This document shows positions 37,740 to 46,698 of a stretch of DNA of 64,000 nt, in pieces. The position numbers were made by a program, and so were the translations under genes. Position 1 is the first letter of the stretch. Each line of letters starts with the position of its first letter. A model generated the notes under the pieces. The model ran no database searches. It was not told the DNA's origin and saw nothing but the letters and a program-made list of their open reading frames with translations. Origin of the DNA: Acutalibacteraceae bacterium (lineage in GTDB: Bacteria; Bacillota; Clostridia; Oscillospirales; Acutalibacteraceae); the NCBI GenBank assembly GCA_051892415.1, contig JBJFGF010000009.1:35444-99443 (forward strand), written 5' to 3'.

Positions 37740-38705
37740 ATGAATAAAAAATTAAAAGCCGTCATTCTTGACGGATACACAGAAAACCCCGGTGATTTAT
37801 CCTGGGAATGTATAGGTGCTTTAACAGACCTTACAGTCTATGACAGAACCCCCGATGAACTTGTTATCGAAAGAGCAAAAAAAGCTGAAATTTTGATTGT
37901 AAACAAGGTAAAACTTACAAAAGATATTATCGGACAATTACCCGATTTAAAGTTTGTTGCCACACTTGCTACCGGCTACAATCAAATTGACGGAGTGGCT
38001 TTAAGAAATGTAGGTATCCCCCTTTCAAATATCCCGTCTTATTCAACGAATGCAGTTGCTCAAATGGTATTTGCATACATTCTGGAATCTGTAAACAGAG
38101 TCAGCGAATACACCGATTCCGTAAAAAGCGGCGACTGGGTAAAATGCAAGGATTTTTGTTATTGGAACAAACCCCTATTTGAACTTGACGGAAAAACCCT
38201 GGGTATCATAGGATTCGGCAAAATCGGCAGACGTGTTTCCGAAATAGCAAATGCATTCGGTATGAAAACACTTGTTTACACACCCTCGGGTAAAAAGGCG
38301 GACGCACCGAATGTTGAATTTACGCATATGGATACTTTACTTAAAAATTCTGATTTTGTTACGGTGCATTGCCCGCTCACGGAAAAAACCGCTAATCTTA
38401 TAAATAATGAATTTATTGAAAAACTCAAGGACGGCGCCTGTGTTATCAATACAGCTCGGGGCGGAGTTGCAAATGAAGAAGATATTTCAAATGCTTTAAA
38501 AAGCGGAAAACTCTCTTGCTACTGTGCGGACGTTCTTTCCACGGAGCCCCCAAAAAAAGACAACCCGCTACTCACCGCGCCGAATTGCTATATCACACCT
38601 CATATTGCCTGGGCGGCTTATGAAACACGGCTTCGCCTTTTGGAAATTCTTGAAGGAAACATAAGGGCATTTCTCGACGGCACACCTACTAACGTGGTAA
38701 ACTAA
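37740..38705 (+). CDS. D-isomer-specific 2-hydroxyacid dehydrogenase (glycerate dehydrogenase-like)
   Basis: GIIGFGKIGRRV NAD-binding motif, NTARG, and the catalytic His in PHIAWA. Confidence 0.88.
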   Translation: MNKKLKAVILDGYTENPGDLSWECIGALTDLTVYDRTPDELVIERAKKAEILIVNKVKLTKDIIGQLPDLKFVATLATGYNQIDGVALRNVGIPLSNIPSYSTNAVAQMVFAYILESVNRVSEYTDSVKSGDWVKCKDFCYWNKPLFELDGKTLGIIGFGKIGRRVSEIANAFGMKTLVYTPSGKKADAPNVEFTHMDTLLKNSDFVTVHCPLTEKTANLINNEFIEKLKDGACVINTARGGVANEEDISNALKSGKLSCYCADVLSTEPPKKDNPLLTAPNCYITPHIAWAAYETRLRLLEILEGNIRAFLDGTPTNVVN

Positions 38706-38818
38706 AGACGCTTTCTTTCTTTATAATGTAATTTAACCCATTTTTTTCTTTTTTACTGTTATATTTTTTTGCATTATGACAAAACTTGAAAATACAAGTT
38801 AAAATTATGTCAAAGTTC

Positions 38819-38846
38819 TTGCATTTATTCTATTTTGTGTTAAAAT
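38819..38846 (+). promoter_or_regulatory. candidate promoter of gap
   Basis: TTGCAT, 16 nt, then TGtTAAAAT (extended -10). Confidence 0.4.
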
Positions 38847-38891
38847 ATTAAAGGTTAAAAACTAAACAAAAAATATTTGGAGGTAATTCAA

Positions 38892-39929
38892 ATGTCAGTT
38901 AAAGTTGCAATTAACGGTTTCGGTCGTATCGGCCGTCTCGCATTCCGCCAGATGTTCGGCGCTGAAGGTTACGATGTAGTAGCTATCAACGACCTTACAA
39001 AACCCTCTATGCTCGCTAACCTTCTTAAGTACGATACCGCTCAGGGCGGCTACTGCGGAAGAATCGGCGAAGGTCTTCACACTGTTGAAGCTGACGACGA
39101 AGCAGGCACAATCACTGTTGACGGCAAAACACTTAAAATCTATGCAATGGCTAATGCCGCAGAACTCCCCTGGGGTGAAATCGGTGTTGACGTTGTTCTC
39201 GAATGCACAGGCTTCTACTGCTCAAAAGATAAGAGCATGGCCCATATCAATGCCGGTGCAAAGAAGGTCGTTATTTCTGCTCCCGCAGGCAATGACCTCA
39301 AGACAATCGTTTTCTCTGTAAACGAAGATACTCTTACTGCTGATGACCAGATCATTTCTGCCGCATCTTGCACAACAAACTGTCTCGCTCCCATGGCAAA
39401 AGCACTTAATGACTATGCTCCCATCCAGAGCGGTATCATGAGCACAATCCACGCTTACACAGGTGACCAGATGATTCTTGACGGTCCCCACAGAAAAGGC
39501 GATATGAGAAGAGCACGTGCAGGCGCTGCTAACATCGTTCCCAACTCAACAGGTGCTGCTAAGGCAATCGGTCTTGTTATTCCCGAACTTAACGGCAAAC
39601 TCATCGGTTCTGCTCAGCGTGTTCCCGTTCCCACAGGTTCAACAACAATCCTTACAGCTGTTGTTAAAGGTTCCGACATTACTGCTGACGGCATTAACGC
39701 TGCTATGAAAGCCGCTGCTTCCGAAAGCTTCGGTTACAACACCGATCCCATCGTTTCTTCCGATGTTATCGGTATGAAATACGGCTCACTCTTTGACGCT
39801 ACTCAGACAATGGTATCAAAGGTTGCTGATGATCTTTATGAAGTACAGGTTGTTTCTTGGTACGACAACGAAAACAGCTACACAAGCCAGATGGTTAGAA
39901 CAATCAAATACTTTGCAGAACTTGCATAA
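38892..39929 (+). CDS. gap: type I glyceraldehyde-3-phosphate dehydrogenase
   Basis: [11 protein letters not shown] and the [10 protein letters not shown] active site. ATG 38892 lies downstream of GGAGG. Confidence 0.96.
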   Translation: MSVKVAINGFGRIGRLAFRQMFGAEGYDVVAINDLTKPSMLANLLKYDTAQGGYCGRIGEGLHTVEADDEAGTITVDGKTLKIYAMANAAELPWGEIGVDVVLECTGFYCSKDKSMAHINAGAKKVVISAPAGNDLKTIVFSVNEDTLTADDQIISAASCTTNCLAPMAKALNDYAPIQSGIMSTIHAYTGDQMILDGPHRKGDMRRARAGAANIVPNSTGAAKAIGLVIPELNGKLIGSAQRVPVPTGSTTILTAVVKGSDITADGINAAMKAAASESFGYNTDPIVSSDVIGMKYGSLFDATQTMVSKVADDLYEVQVVSWYDNENSYTSQMVRTIKYFAELA

Positions 39930-39954
39930 GTTTTGATATAAAATAACTTTTAAA

Positions 39955-39996
39955 GGTGTGTAAAAAACGAAAGTTTTTTACACACCCTATTTTTGT
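39955..39996 (+). terminator. intrinsic terminator after gap
   Basis: 14-bp perfect stem ggtgtgtaaaaaac/gttttttacacacc with a GAAA loop, then CTATTTTT. Confidence 0.85.
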
Positions 39997-40043
39997 TTGT
40001 TGAAAGATTTGACTTAAAAATAATTCCTAAAGTGCAATCAAAT

Positions 40044-40805
40044 TTACCGTTTTCTTTCAATTACAAAGAAATTAAGAGTAAAATAAATGTCGCTTGCCAA
40101 ATAATACTCCGTTCTCTCCTCTGTAACCTGGCAAGCGGTGATTATAAAATCACCCTCCCCTTTTTCAAGCATTGAAAACAACTGATCGAAATCCCCGATC
40201 ACTATCTCTAAACCGTAGCCCATTGCACCGCAAATTTCCCGTGCAATGTCAACATCTAAACCGACCACACAACCGTCATCGTCCGTATAAACACGGTTTT
40301 TAAAATTTGGATCGCACAACATTGTTAAAGTACCGTTTTCCCTATCCGTATGAACGGGTGAAAACTCTTTTCCGCTGAAATGGGCGGTTTTAATCTTTTC
40401 CAAAGTACCGTCATCATTGATTTCGGCAATAGCCCTGTTAAAAGCCTCTTGAAGTTCTTTACTCTGAGAATCAAAATATGCACAATAATCCTCGGAGTAA
40501 GTACAAACCTCTTTCATTTGTATATCTCTGTCAAGTAATATGTATGTATTATAATCATACTCATTTAAAATACCGTAATCGGATTTTCCGTTCTCCACGG
40601 CAACTACCACGTCGGATGCAGAATTGTAGGTAACTTTTGTATAATCGTCCAAATTCGAAATATATTCATTTGCAGCATATTCATCGGAAGATGCATATCT
40701 GACCGCAAGAGTTTTTTCAGTGAAATAATCCCCGTAGGATTCGTCGCAGGAAGCAAGACCCAAAACAAATCCAACAACAATAATTAAAGAAATAATCCTT
40801 TTCAT
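40044..40805 (-). CDS. lipoprotein with family-3 solute-binding (PBPb-like) domain; no adjacent transporter genes
   Basis: Lipobox LASC. Periplasmic-binding-like segments (ENGKSDYGILNEYDY, DGTLEKIK). Confidence 0.6.
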   Translation of the reverse strand: MKRIISLIIVVGFVLGLASCDESYGDYFTEKTLAVRYASSDEYAANEYISNLDDYTKVTYNSASDVVVAVENGKSDYGILNEYDYNTYILLDRDIQMKEVCTYSEDYCAYFDSQSKELQEAFNRAIAEINDDGTLEKIKTAHFSGKEFSPVHTDRENGTLTMLCDPNFKNRVYTDDDGCVVGLDVDIAREICGAMGYGLEIVIGDFDQLFSMLEKGEGDFIITACQVTEERTEYYLASDIYFTLNFFVIERKR

Positions 40806-40816
40806 TATAAACACCT

Positions 40817-40854
40817 ATATAAAAACCGATTTCTGCATTCAAGCAAAAATCGGT
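40817..40854 (-). terminator. intrinsic terminator after greA
   Basis: Minus-strand stem accgattt/aaatcggt, followed by UUUUAU. Confidence 0.55.
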
Positions 40855-40867
40855 ACTTTATTATTGC

Positions 40868-41356
40868 TTATTTTTGGTCAACTTCAATCTTAACGATTTT
40901 AAAATTGATAATACCGCGAGGTGCTTCAACGGAAACTTTATCTCCAACCTTGTGACCTATAAGAGCTTTACCCACAGGAGATTCATCGGAAATTTTACCC
41001 TCGGAAGGATTAGCCTGAGCGAAACCGGTAATTGTATAGGTTCTTTCAGCCGAACCTCTGGTAGTTTCCTTGATTGTAACTACGGAGCCTAAATGTACAA
41101 TCTCAGTATTTGAATTTTCTTCCTCGTCAATAATAGAGGCTCTTGAAAGCATTGTTTCAATGTCGTTTATTTCAGCTTCAAGTTTTGCCTGTTCGGACTT
41201 AGCCTCGTCATACTCACTGTTTTCGGAAAGGTCGCCGAAAGAACGAGCAACCTTGAGCTTTTCCGCTATTTCGGAACGGCCTTCGGATTTGAGTACTTTA
41301 AGCTTTTGTGCAAGCTCCTCGTAGCCCTCTTTTGTTAAAACGATATCCTGTGCCAT
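40868..41356 (-). CDS. greA: transcription elongation factor GreA
   Basis: LTKEGYEEL, the acidic tip DLSENSEYDEAK, and a C-terminal FKBP-like domain. Confidence 0.95.
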   Translation of the reverse strand: MAQDIVLTKEGYEELAQKLKVLKSEGRSEIAEKLKVARSFGDLSENSEYDEAKSEQAKLEAEINDIETMLSRASIIDEEENSNTEIVHLGSVVTIKETTRGSAERTYTITGFAQANPSEGKISDESPVGKALIGHKVGDKVSVEAPRGIINFKIVKIEVDQK

Positions 41357-41374
41357 TGTGAATTACATCCTCTC

Positions 41375-41405
41375 AAAAAATATTTGTGCAATTTGATTGC
41401 ACAAA
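41375..41405 (-). terminator. terminator-like hairpin in the greA 5' leader
   Basis: Minus-strand RNA reads UUUGUGCAAU-CAA-AUUGCACAAA (10-bp perfect inverted repeat, 41405-41383). It is followed by UAUUUUUU and then the greA SD GAGAGGA. Confidence 0.5.
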
Positions 41406-41417
41406 AGTAATATCAGT

Positions 41418-41446
41418 ATTATATAGAAACAAAATAAAATTGTCAA
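41418..41446 (-). promoter_or_regulatory. sigma-A consensus promoter of greA
   Basis: Minus strand reads TTGACA (41446-41441), 17 nt, TATAAT (41423-41418). Confidence 0.65.
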
Positions 41447-41488
41447 GTTTTACTCAGAAATGAGTTGTCTAAACACGCTAAAAACTTT

Positions 41489-42190
41489 CTATTTATCGGA
41501 GAAAGCCGCACAAATTATATTATAATCAATACCGAAACACGCAAGTTTTTGATATTCGGAGTCGTTTTCAAAATATGTTATATCGGGATACAGCAGCGTC
41601 GGCGTTCCATTTATGTCAATTATGAGTTTACCGCTTTTGTCAATTTCCTCCAAATTGAGAAAAACGTCATAAGAATCCGTATTACACTCTTCTCTTATCT
41701 TTACAACTGCTCCGTATTCATTGTAGCAAGTGTTAACAAAATTATTCGTAGAAGAATTCTTTTGCGTTTGCAAACAAAGAGATTTCGATAACTTTACAAT
41801 GCGGTAAAATTCTTTGAACGGTTCAAAATCATCTATTTTTATAAAAATCCTTTTCCACTCTTTATTAACGGTATTTATTTGATTAGCAAGAGAAGAAAGA
41901 ATCGCTCTCATATAATACTTATTGGGATTAAAGAGCATTGACTCGGGTACTTGAACATCTTCTTTCCCTTTGGAGAGCAATATTCTTCCTTGATAAATTT
42001 TTAATAGAGTTTGAACGTCGTCACAATCCATACTGCTCTCAGTTATTTCCAATACAACAACGTTTTTTCCGTTTACTCTAACTGAACTTCTTCTAAAATC
42101 ATATAAATTTTCGTTGACTGTTTTCTTGCGTAAAAAATTCCTGTTCCGCCTATTCCCATGTACTTCATCGGTAATTTTTAAAATTAACAT
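41489..42190 (-). CDS. hypothetical protein (233 aa), no recognisable motifs
   Basis: Long ORF in the same orientation as its neighbours. No signal peptide or TM segment. Its SD lies within the upstream terminator stem. Confidence 0.5.
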   Translation of the reverse strand: MLILKITDEVHGNRRNRNFLRKKTVNENLYDFRRSSVRVNGKNVVVLEITESSMDCDDVQTLLKIYQGRILLSKGKEDVQVPESMLFNPNKYYMRAILSSLANQINTVNKEWKRIFIKIDDFEPFKEFYRIVKLSKSLCLQTQKNSSTNNFVNTCYNEYGAVVKIREECNTDSYDVFLNLEEIDKSGKLIIDINGTPTLLYPDITYFENDSEYQKLACFGIDYNIICAAFSDK

Positions 42191-42227
42191 AAAAACACCC
42201 CTTTTTCATTATTATGAAAAAGGGGTG
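42190..42227 (-). terminator. intrinsic terminator after the M23 peptidase gene
   Basis: 14-bp perfect stem cacccctttttcat/atgaaaaaggggtg. On the minus strand it is followed by UUUUU, which runs into the next ATG. Confidence 0.7.
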
Positions 42228-42239
42228 AATATTATTAAA

Positions 42240-43577
42240 TCAACCGCAAATCTGAAGTCCGGCAGGTTTTGAAAGATAATTCATTGGGTTAACCCAACCG
42301 CCGTTAATCATCAAACCGAAATGCAGATGAGCGCCAAAGGAATAACCGGTGTTTCCGGCATTTCCGATAACTTTTCCCTGAGTAACATAATCACCGACAT
42401 TCACGCTAACGGATGAAAGATGCGCATAATAAGACTTAACACCTTCACCGTGGTTAATAACAACATATAGACCGTAACCGCCGCCGTAGCCGCTCTTGTT
42501 GGCAACTTCAACCGTTCCCTCTTTAACCGCAATAACCTGTGCACCGTAGGTACCTGCCCAACGGCAAATATCAATACCGTTATGCTGTTTCGTAACACCG
42601 TTGAGAGTTCTCATTTTAAAAGAAGACGAAACGTATGTGTCACTGTAAGGTAAGGGCCAAACCATATCGCCGTTAACCTGACCCGAACCATAAGACGTAT
42701 TCTGCTCGGAAAGTTTTTGCTCATATTCAAGAATAGTTGCCTCGCCCTTTTGCATAGCGGCTTCATACTCTTTACTTTTTGAGTTGAGTCCGTTAACAAT
42801 GCTCATAACTTTGTCAAGGTCCGCTTGAATCTCAGCTTCCTTATCTTCAATAATCTTACGGGCATCAACCTGTTCCTGTTTCTTCGCCTCATGCTCTGCC
42901 TTTGCCTTGTCCAACTCTTCAATTTTGGAACTGAGACGTGTTTTCATATCTTCAATTTCCAAAACCTTTGCTTTAAGAGTCTCGATATTTTCTTCAAGTT
43001 CCGATATGAGAGCATCGTCATGTGCTGCAATTCTGTCTAAAAGTTCCGTTCTTTCAAGATACTCCTGAAACTGAAAGTTATCTGAAGAAAGAAGATATTC
43101 CAGAGTACTGTTAGCACCGGTCATATATGCGGCGCGAATTCTCTCTCCTAAAAGGGTATAGGTATCGGCAATTTCCTGCTGAATTACAAGAACCTGATCG
43201 TCAAGTTCTTTAATTTGTTTATTAAGGTCCTCTATTTCATTTTCAATACCTGTAATTTGATTATCAATGACTTGAATATCTGCATCAATAAGAGCAATCT
43301 CATCATTATATAAATCAATTTGGTCTTGAAGTACATCAATTTTATCCTGCAAAGCATTGATTTCATCATCATAAGTAGCAGCTTCGGCTTCAAGCTCTGC
43401 AATTTTCTTTTCGTTTTCTTCAATCTGCTCTCTTATAGCATCGATTTTATCTTCATATTCCTGCTTTTCCGAATCTGTAAGTGCGTACGCAGAAAATGAC
43501 ATAACACCGAAAATAAGAACAAAAGAAAGTATAAAACTTAAAAATCTTTTAGATCTATCAGTCGTTTTCAACAACAT
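42240..43577 (-). CDS. M23-family peptidoglycan endopeptidase with N-terminal coiled coil (EnvC/PcsB-like FtsEX partner)
   Basis: Signal/TM segment, about 280 aa of heptad-rich coiled coil, and a LytM domain with an intact HxxxD (HNGIDI) and HxH (HLHFG). Confidence 0.88.
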   Translation of the reverse strand: MLLKTTDRSKRFLSFILSFVLIFGVMSFSAYALTDSEKQEYEDKIDAIREQIEENEKKIAELEAEAATYDDEINALQDKIDVLQDQIDLYNDEIALIDADIQVIDNQITGIENEIEDLNKQIKELDDQVLVIQQEIADTYTLLGERIRAAYMTGANSTLEYLLSSDNFQFQEYLERTELLDRIAAHDDALISELEENIETLKAKVLEIEDMKTRLSSKIEELDKAKAEHEAKKQEQVDARKIIEDKEAEIQADLDKVMSIVNGLNSKSKEYEAAMQKGEATILEYEQKLSEQNTSYGSGQVNGDMVWPLPYSDTYVSSSFKMRTLNGVTKQHNGIDICRWAGTYGAQVIAVKEGTVEVANKSGYGGGYGLYVVINHGEGVKSYYAHLSSVSVNVGDYVTQGKVIGNAGNTGYSFGAHLHFGLMINGGWVNPMNYLSKPAGLQICG

Positions 43578-44472
43578 TGCTGTGCTCCTTCAAATATTTA
43601 TTAAGAGAAATTATACTGCCAAATGCACCGATAATAACACCGATGAATGCAAAAATACCGAAAATCACCCAAACATAATCAAAGAAGTTTACAACTTCTC
43701 CACCAAGCATATCAAGTATATTGCCCAACCAAATGGAAGCGACGGAGTAAACACCGTACTGAATACCCAGTGCCAAAATTGCTGAGAAAATTCCTAAGAG
43801 AATACCCTCAACCATAAAGGGCCAACGTATAAATGCATTGGTAGCACCGACGGCTTTCATAATGCTGATTTCAAGTCGGCGGTTGTAAATTGTAATTCGA
43901 ATTGTGTTCGAAACAATGAAAAGAGAAACGAAGAAAAGAATTGCAACAATACCGATACTGATATATGTTACTGCATTTCTTATACTTGCAAGTTTACCTG
44001 CCAAATCACTGTTTTCACGAACCTGAAGTACGTTTTCATAGCCCTTAATCTCCTGTACAGTTGCATCGAACTGTTCAAGATCTTTAACAGTTACCCTGTA
44101 TGCATCCGGCAAAATCTCGGGAGAAAGTCCCTCCAAAAGTTCGGCTTTATCACCGTAAGATTCGACCTGTCGCTCGAAAGCCTCCTCACGGGGAACAAAT
44201 TCAACATCCGAAACATTGGCATGGGCTTTAAGTTGCACACCCAATGTTTGGGTCATATAATCATCAGCATCATCATTAACATAAACCATTACAACATTCT
44301 GACCTTCAATCAAGTCAAGAACAGCGTTGATATTAAGGAAAATAAGGGAACCGCTGCCCACAATAATAAGGCAGGAAATAAGAACAACAACTGTTGCCAG
44401 GGAAAGTAAACGGTTAACCCAGATATTTCTAAATCCCTCACGGGTCAAATAGCCTAAACTCGCACCCTTCAC
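43558..44472 (-). CDS. ftsX: cell division permease-like protein FtsX
   Basis: 4-TM FtsX topology with a large extracellular loop. Overlaps ftsE by 4 nt and the M23 gene by 20 nt. Confidence 0.9.
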   Translation of the reverse strand: MKGASLGYLTREGFRNIWVNRLLSLATVVVLISCLIIVGSGSLIFLNINAVLDLIEGQNVVMVYVNDDADDYMTQTLGVQLKAHANVSDVEFVPREEAFERQVESYGDKAELLEGLSPEILPDAYRVTVKDLEQFDATVQEIKGYENVLQVRENSDLAGKLASIRNAVTYISIGIVAILFFVSLFIVSNTIRITIYNRRLEISIMKAVGATNAFIRWPFMVEGILLGIFSAILALGIQYGVYSVASIWLGNILDMLGGEVVNFFDYVWVIFGIFAFIGVIIGAFGSIISLNKYLKEHSNVVEND

Positions 44473-45329
44473 TGAGCATCACCCTCCCCTTCTTCAGAAA
44501 CAGGTTCTGCTGTTTCGATTGTGTCTTTAGAAGTGTCGACGCCGTATGTCTGCATAAGATAATCAAAATCCGAGGTATCTTCGTTAAGAAAATATGAACC
44601 TATTTCATCCTCGGGAGATTCAAAAGTATAAGGCTCAACGTCAATGTGAGAAGCGTCGGGATAATCGGATTCAATAACACCGTTTTTAATGGTAATAACA
44701 CGGTGATTAAAGGTTTTGACCAAATGTAAATCGTGAGTTACCATAATAACCGTTGTACCGTCGGAGTTAATATGGTTAAGCAAATCCACAATCTCATAAC
44801 TCATTTTTGGGTCAATATTACCCGTGGGCTCGTCCGCAATAATCATATTCGCATTATTTGCAAGGGCTCTTGCAAGAGCAACTCTCTGCTGCTCACCGCC
44901 GGAAAGTTGATTAGGCTTTGAACGTGCCTTTGAGTTAAGACCCACAAGACCGAGAAGATACGGTACTCTCTTTCTTATAGCTCCTTCCCTCGCACCGATA
45001 ACACGCATTGCATACGCAACATTATCGTAAACATTCATTGTTTGAATAAGACGGAAATCCTGAAAAACAATACCCAGGGACCTTCTGAAGTAAGGAATCT
45101 CCTTTTTATTCATACTGTTAAGGTCGTATCCGTTTATATTTATTGAGCCGGAAGAAGGAACTTCTTCACGCATCATAAGTTTTAACAAGGTACTCTTACC
45201 TGCGCCGGAAGAACCGACAATAAAAACAAACTCACCGTTTTCAATCTTAATATCAAGATTGGAAAGGGCTTTTGTCTTGGTGTCTTCATAGACTTTGGAG
45301 ACGCCTTTAAATTCTATCAATTTCAACAC
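44469..45329 (-). CDS. ftsE: cell division ATP-binding protein FtsE with about 60-aa acidic C-terminal extension
   Basis: Walker A GSSGAGKST, signature LSGGEQQR, and Walker B IIADEPTG. Confidence 0.92.
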   Translation of the reverse strand: MLKLIEFKGVSKVYEDTKTKALSNLDIKIENGEFVFIVGSSGAGKSTLLKLMMREEVPSSGSININGYDLNSMNKKEIPYFRRSLGIVFQDFRLIQTMNVYDNVAYAMRVIGAREGAIRKRVPYLLGLVGLNSKARSKPNQLSGGEQQRVALARALANNANMIIADEPTGNIDPKMSYEIVDLLNHINSDGTTVIMVTHDLHLVKTFNHRVITIKNGVIESDYPDASHIDVEPYTFESPEDEIGSYFLNEDTSDFDYLMQTYGVDTSKDTIETAEPVSEEGEGDAQ

Positions 45330-45365
45330 CCAATCTAAAAAATTATTTTGAACAAGTCAATTATA

Positions 45366-45410
45366 GCACATTCTATTACAAAATGTAACCCTTTTGTAAT
45401 AAAAATGTGC
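45366..45410. other. long imperfect hairpin between the PucR-like gene and ftsE
   Basis: gcacatt-c-tattacaaaa pairs with ttttgtaata-aa-aatgtgc: about 17 bp with a small internal bulge and an 8-nt loop. Confidence 0.4.
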
Positions 45411-45425
45411 TAAATTAACTATTTC

Positions 45426-46511
45426 TTAATATTTAACGGGATTTGCATCCAAATATTTCTTAACCATTAAAGCTACCTTGAATACAATCGCATCATCAAA
45501 TTCTCTTAGGTCAAGACCTGTAAGTTTTTTGATTTTTTCAAGTCTGTAAACAAGTGTATTTCTGTGAACGAAAAGTTTCCTTGATGTTTCTGAAACATTA
45601 AGGTTGTTTTCAAAGAATCTCTGAATTGTGAAAAGTGTTTCCTGGTCAAGAGTTTCAATGGAACCGACTTTAAAAATCTCTTTAAGGAACATTTCACAGA
45701 GAGTCGTGGGAAGCTGGTAAATAAGACGGGCAATACCTAAGTGATCGTAACTTACAATATTGCAATCGGTGTCAAACACCTTTCCGACTTCAAGAGCAAC
45801 CTGAGCTTCTTTGAATGAACGTGCCAAATCCTTAACACCTACAACGGGAGTACCGATACCTACAAGTGAATGGGTCAAGAATTCCGATGAAAGAGCATCC
45901 GAAATTGAACGTGCAAGTTTTTCAAGGTCCTTGCTGTCAATATCACTGCGAACTTCTTTGACAAGTGCAATATCGCTTTCACTTATATTTATTACAAAAT
46001 CCTTTGTTTTATCGGGGAAGAGGTTTTGAATGACATCATAAACGGAAACATCGCTCTTATCGAGAAGCCGTATAAGAAGAACAACTCTTGACGCTTCGTT
46101 ATTAAAATGAAGTTCTCTGGCTTTAAGATAAATATCACCGGGAAGAATATTGTCGAGAATTATGTTCTTAATGAAATTGCTTCTGTCATATTTTTCATCA
46201 TAAAACTGCTTGATGCTTGAGAGAGCGACTGAAATCACCCCTATGTAATTATGGGCAACGGAATCTTCGCCTTCAACAAAAACCGCATATTCAGGGCGCG
46301 CGTGCGTACCGAAAGCCTGATAGAGACAGCCGTCGTAAGCAACGGGAGTTGCCGATGAGAAAACTGCGGGAGTATTAACATTACGAAGCTCGCCGATTCT
46401 GCCAAGGTCACTGCAAGAAATAACTGCGCCTGTTTCATCAACTATGCCGATTGTTCTGTCAACAACATCACGCATTTGGTGAATAACACCTTGAAATAAT
46501 CTATTGGACAT
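45426..46511 (-). CDS. PucR/CdaR-family transcriptional regulator
   Basis: C-terminal PucR-type HTH (NVSETSRKLFVHRNTLVYRLEKIKKLTGLD). Start at ATG 46511, 8 nt after GGAGG. Confidence 0.8.
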   Translation of the reverse strand: MSNRLFQGVIHQMRDVVDRTIGIVDETGAVISCSDLGRIGELRNVNTPAVFSSATPVAYDGCLYQAFGTHARPEYAVFVEGEDSVAHNYIGVISVALSSIKQFYDEKYDRSNFIKNIILDNILPGDIYLKARELHFNNEASRVVLLIRLLDKSDVSVYDVIQNLFPDKTKDFVINISESDIALVKEVRSDIDSKDLEKLARSISDALSSEFLTHSLVGIGTPVVGVKDLARSFKEAQVALEVGKVFDTDCNIVSYDHLGIARLIYQLPTTLCEMFLKEIFKVGSIETLDQETLFTIQRFFENNLNVSETSRKLFVHRNTLVYRLEKIKKLTGLDLREFDDAIVFKVALMVKKYLDANPVKY

Positions 46512-46698
46512 TTGTAAGACCTCCAACAATTTTTAACAAAATAACGTTTTTACAATTATACATAATACACAACTTTGCACAATTTTGCAAGTGCTTTTTT
46601 TATATTTTTTAAAATTTTTTATGCAAATTGTTAGTTTTTTGACGAAAAAGTTGGTTTAAATGCAGAAAGCATCGAAATAACTATTACGCCTCTCAAAC

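Noticed and set aside
38760-38815. TGACA...TGTCA imperfect palindrome upstream of gap as a CggR-type operator
   Set aside because: The arms are asymmetric, with different spacing to the inner ACTTG/CAAGT repeat. No cggR gene precedes gap, and the CggR consensus (CGGGACN6TGTC repeats) is absent.
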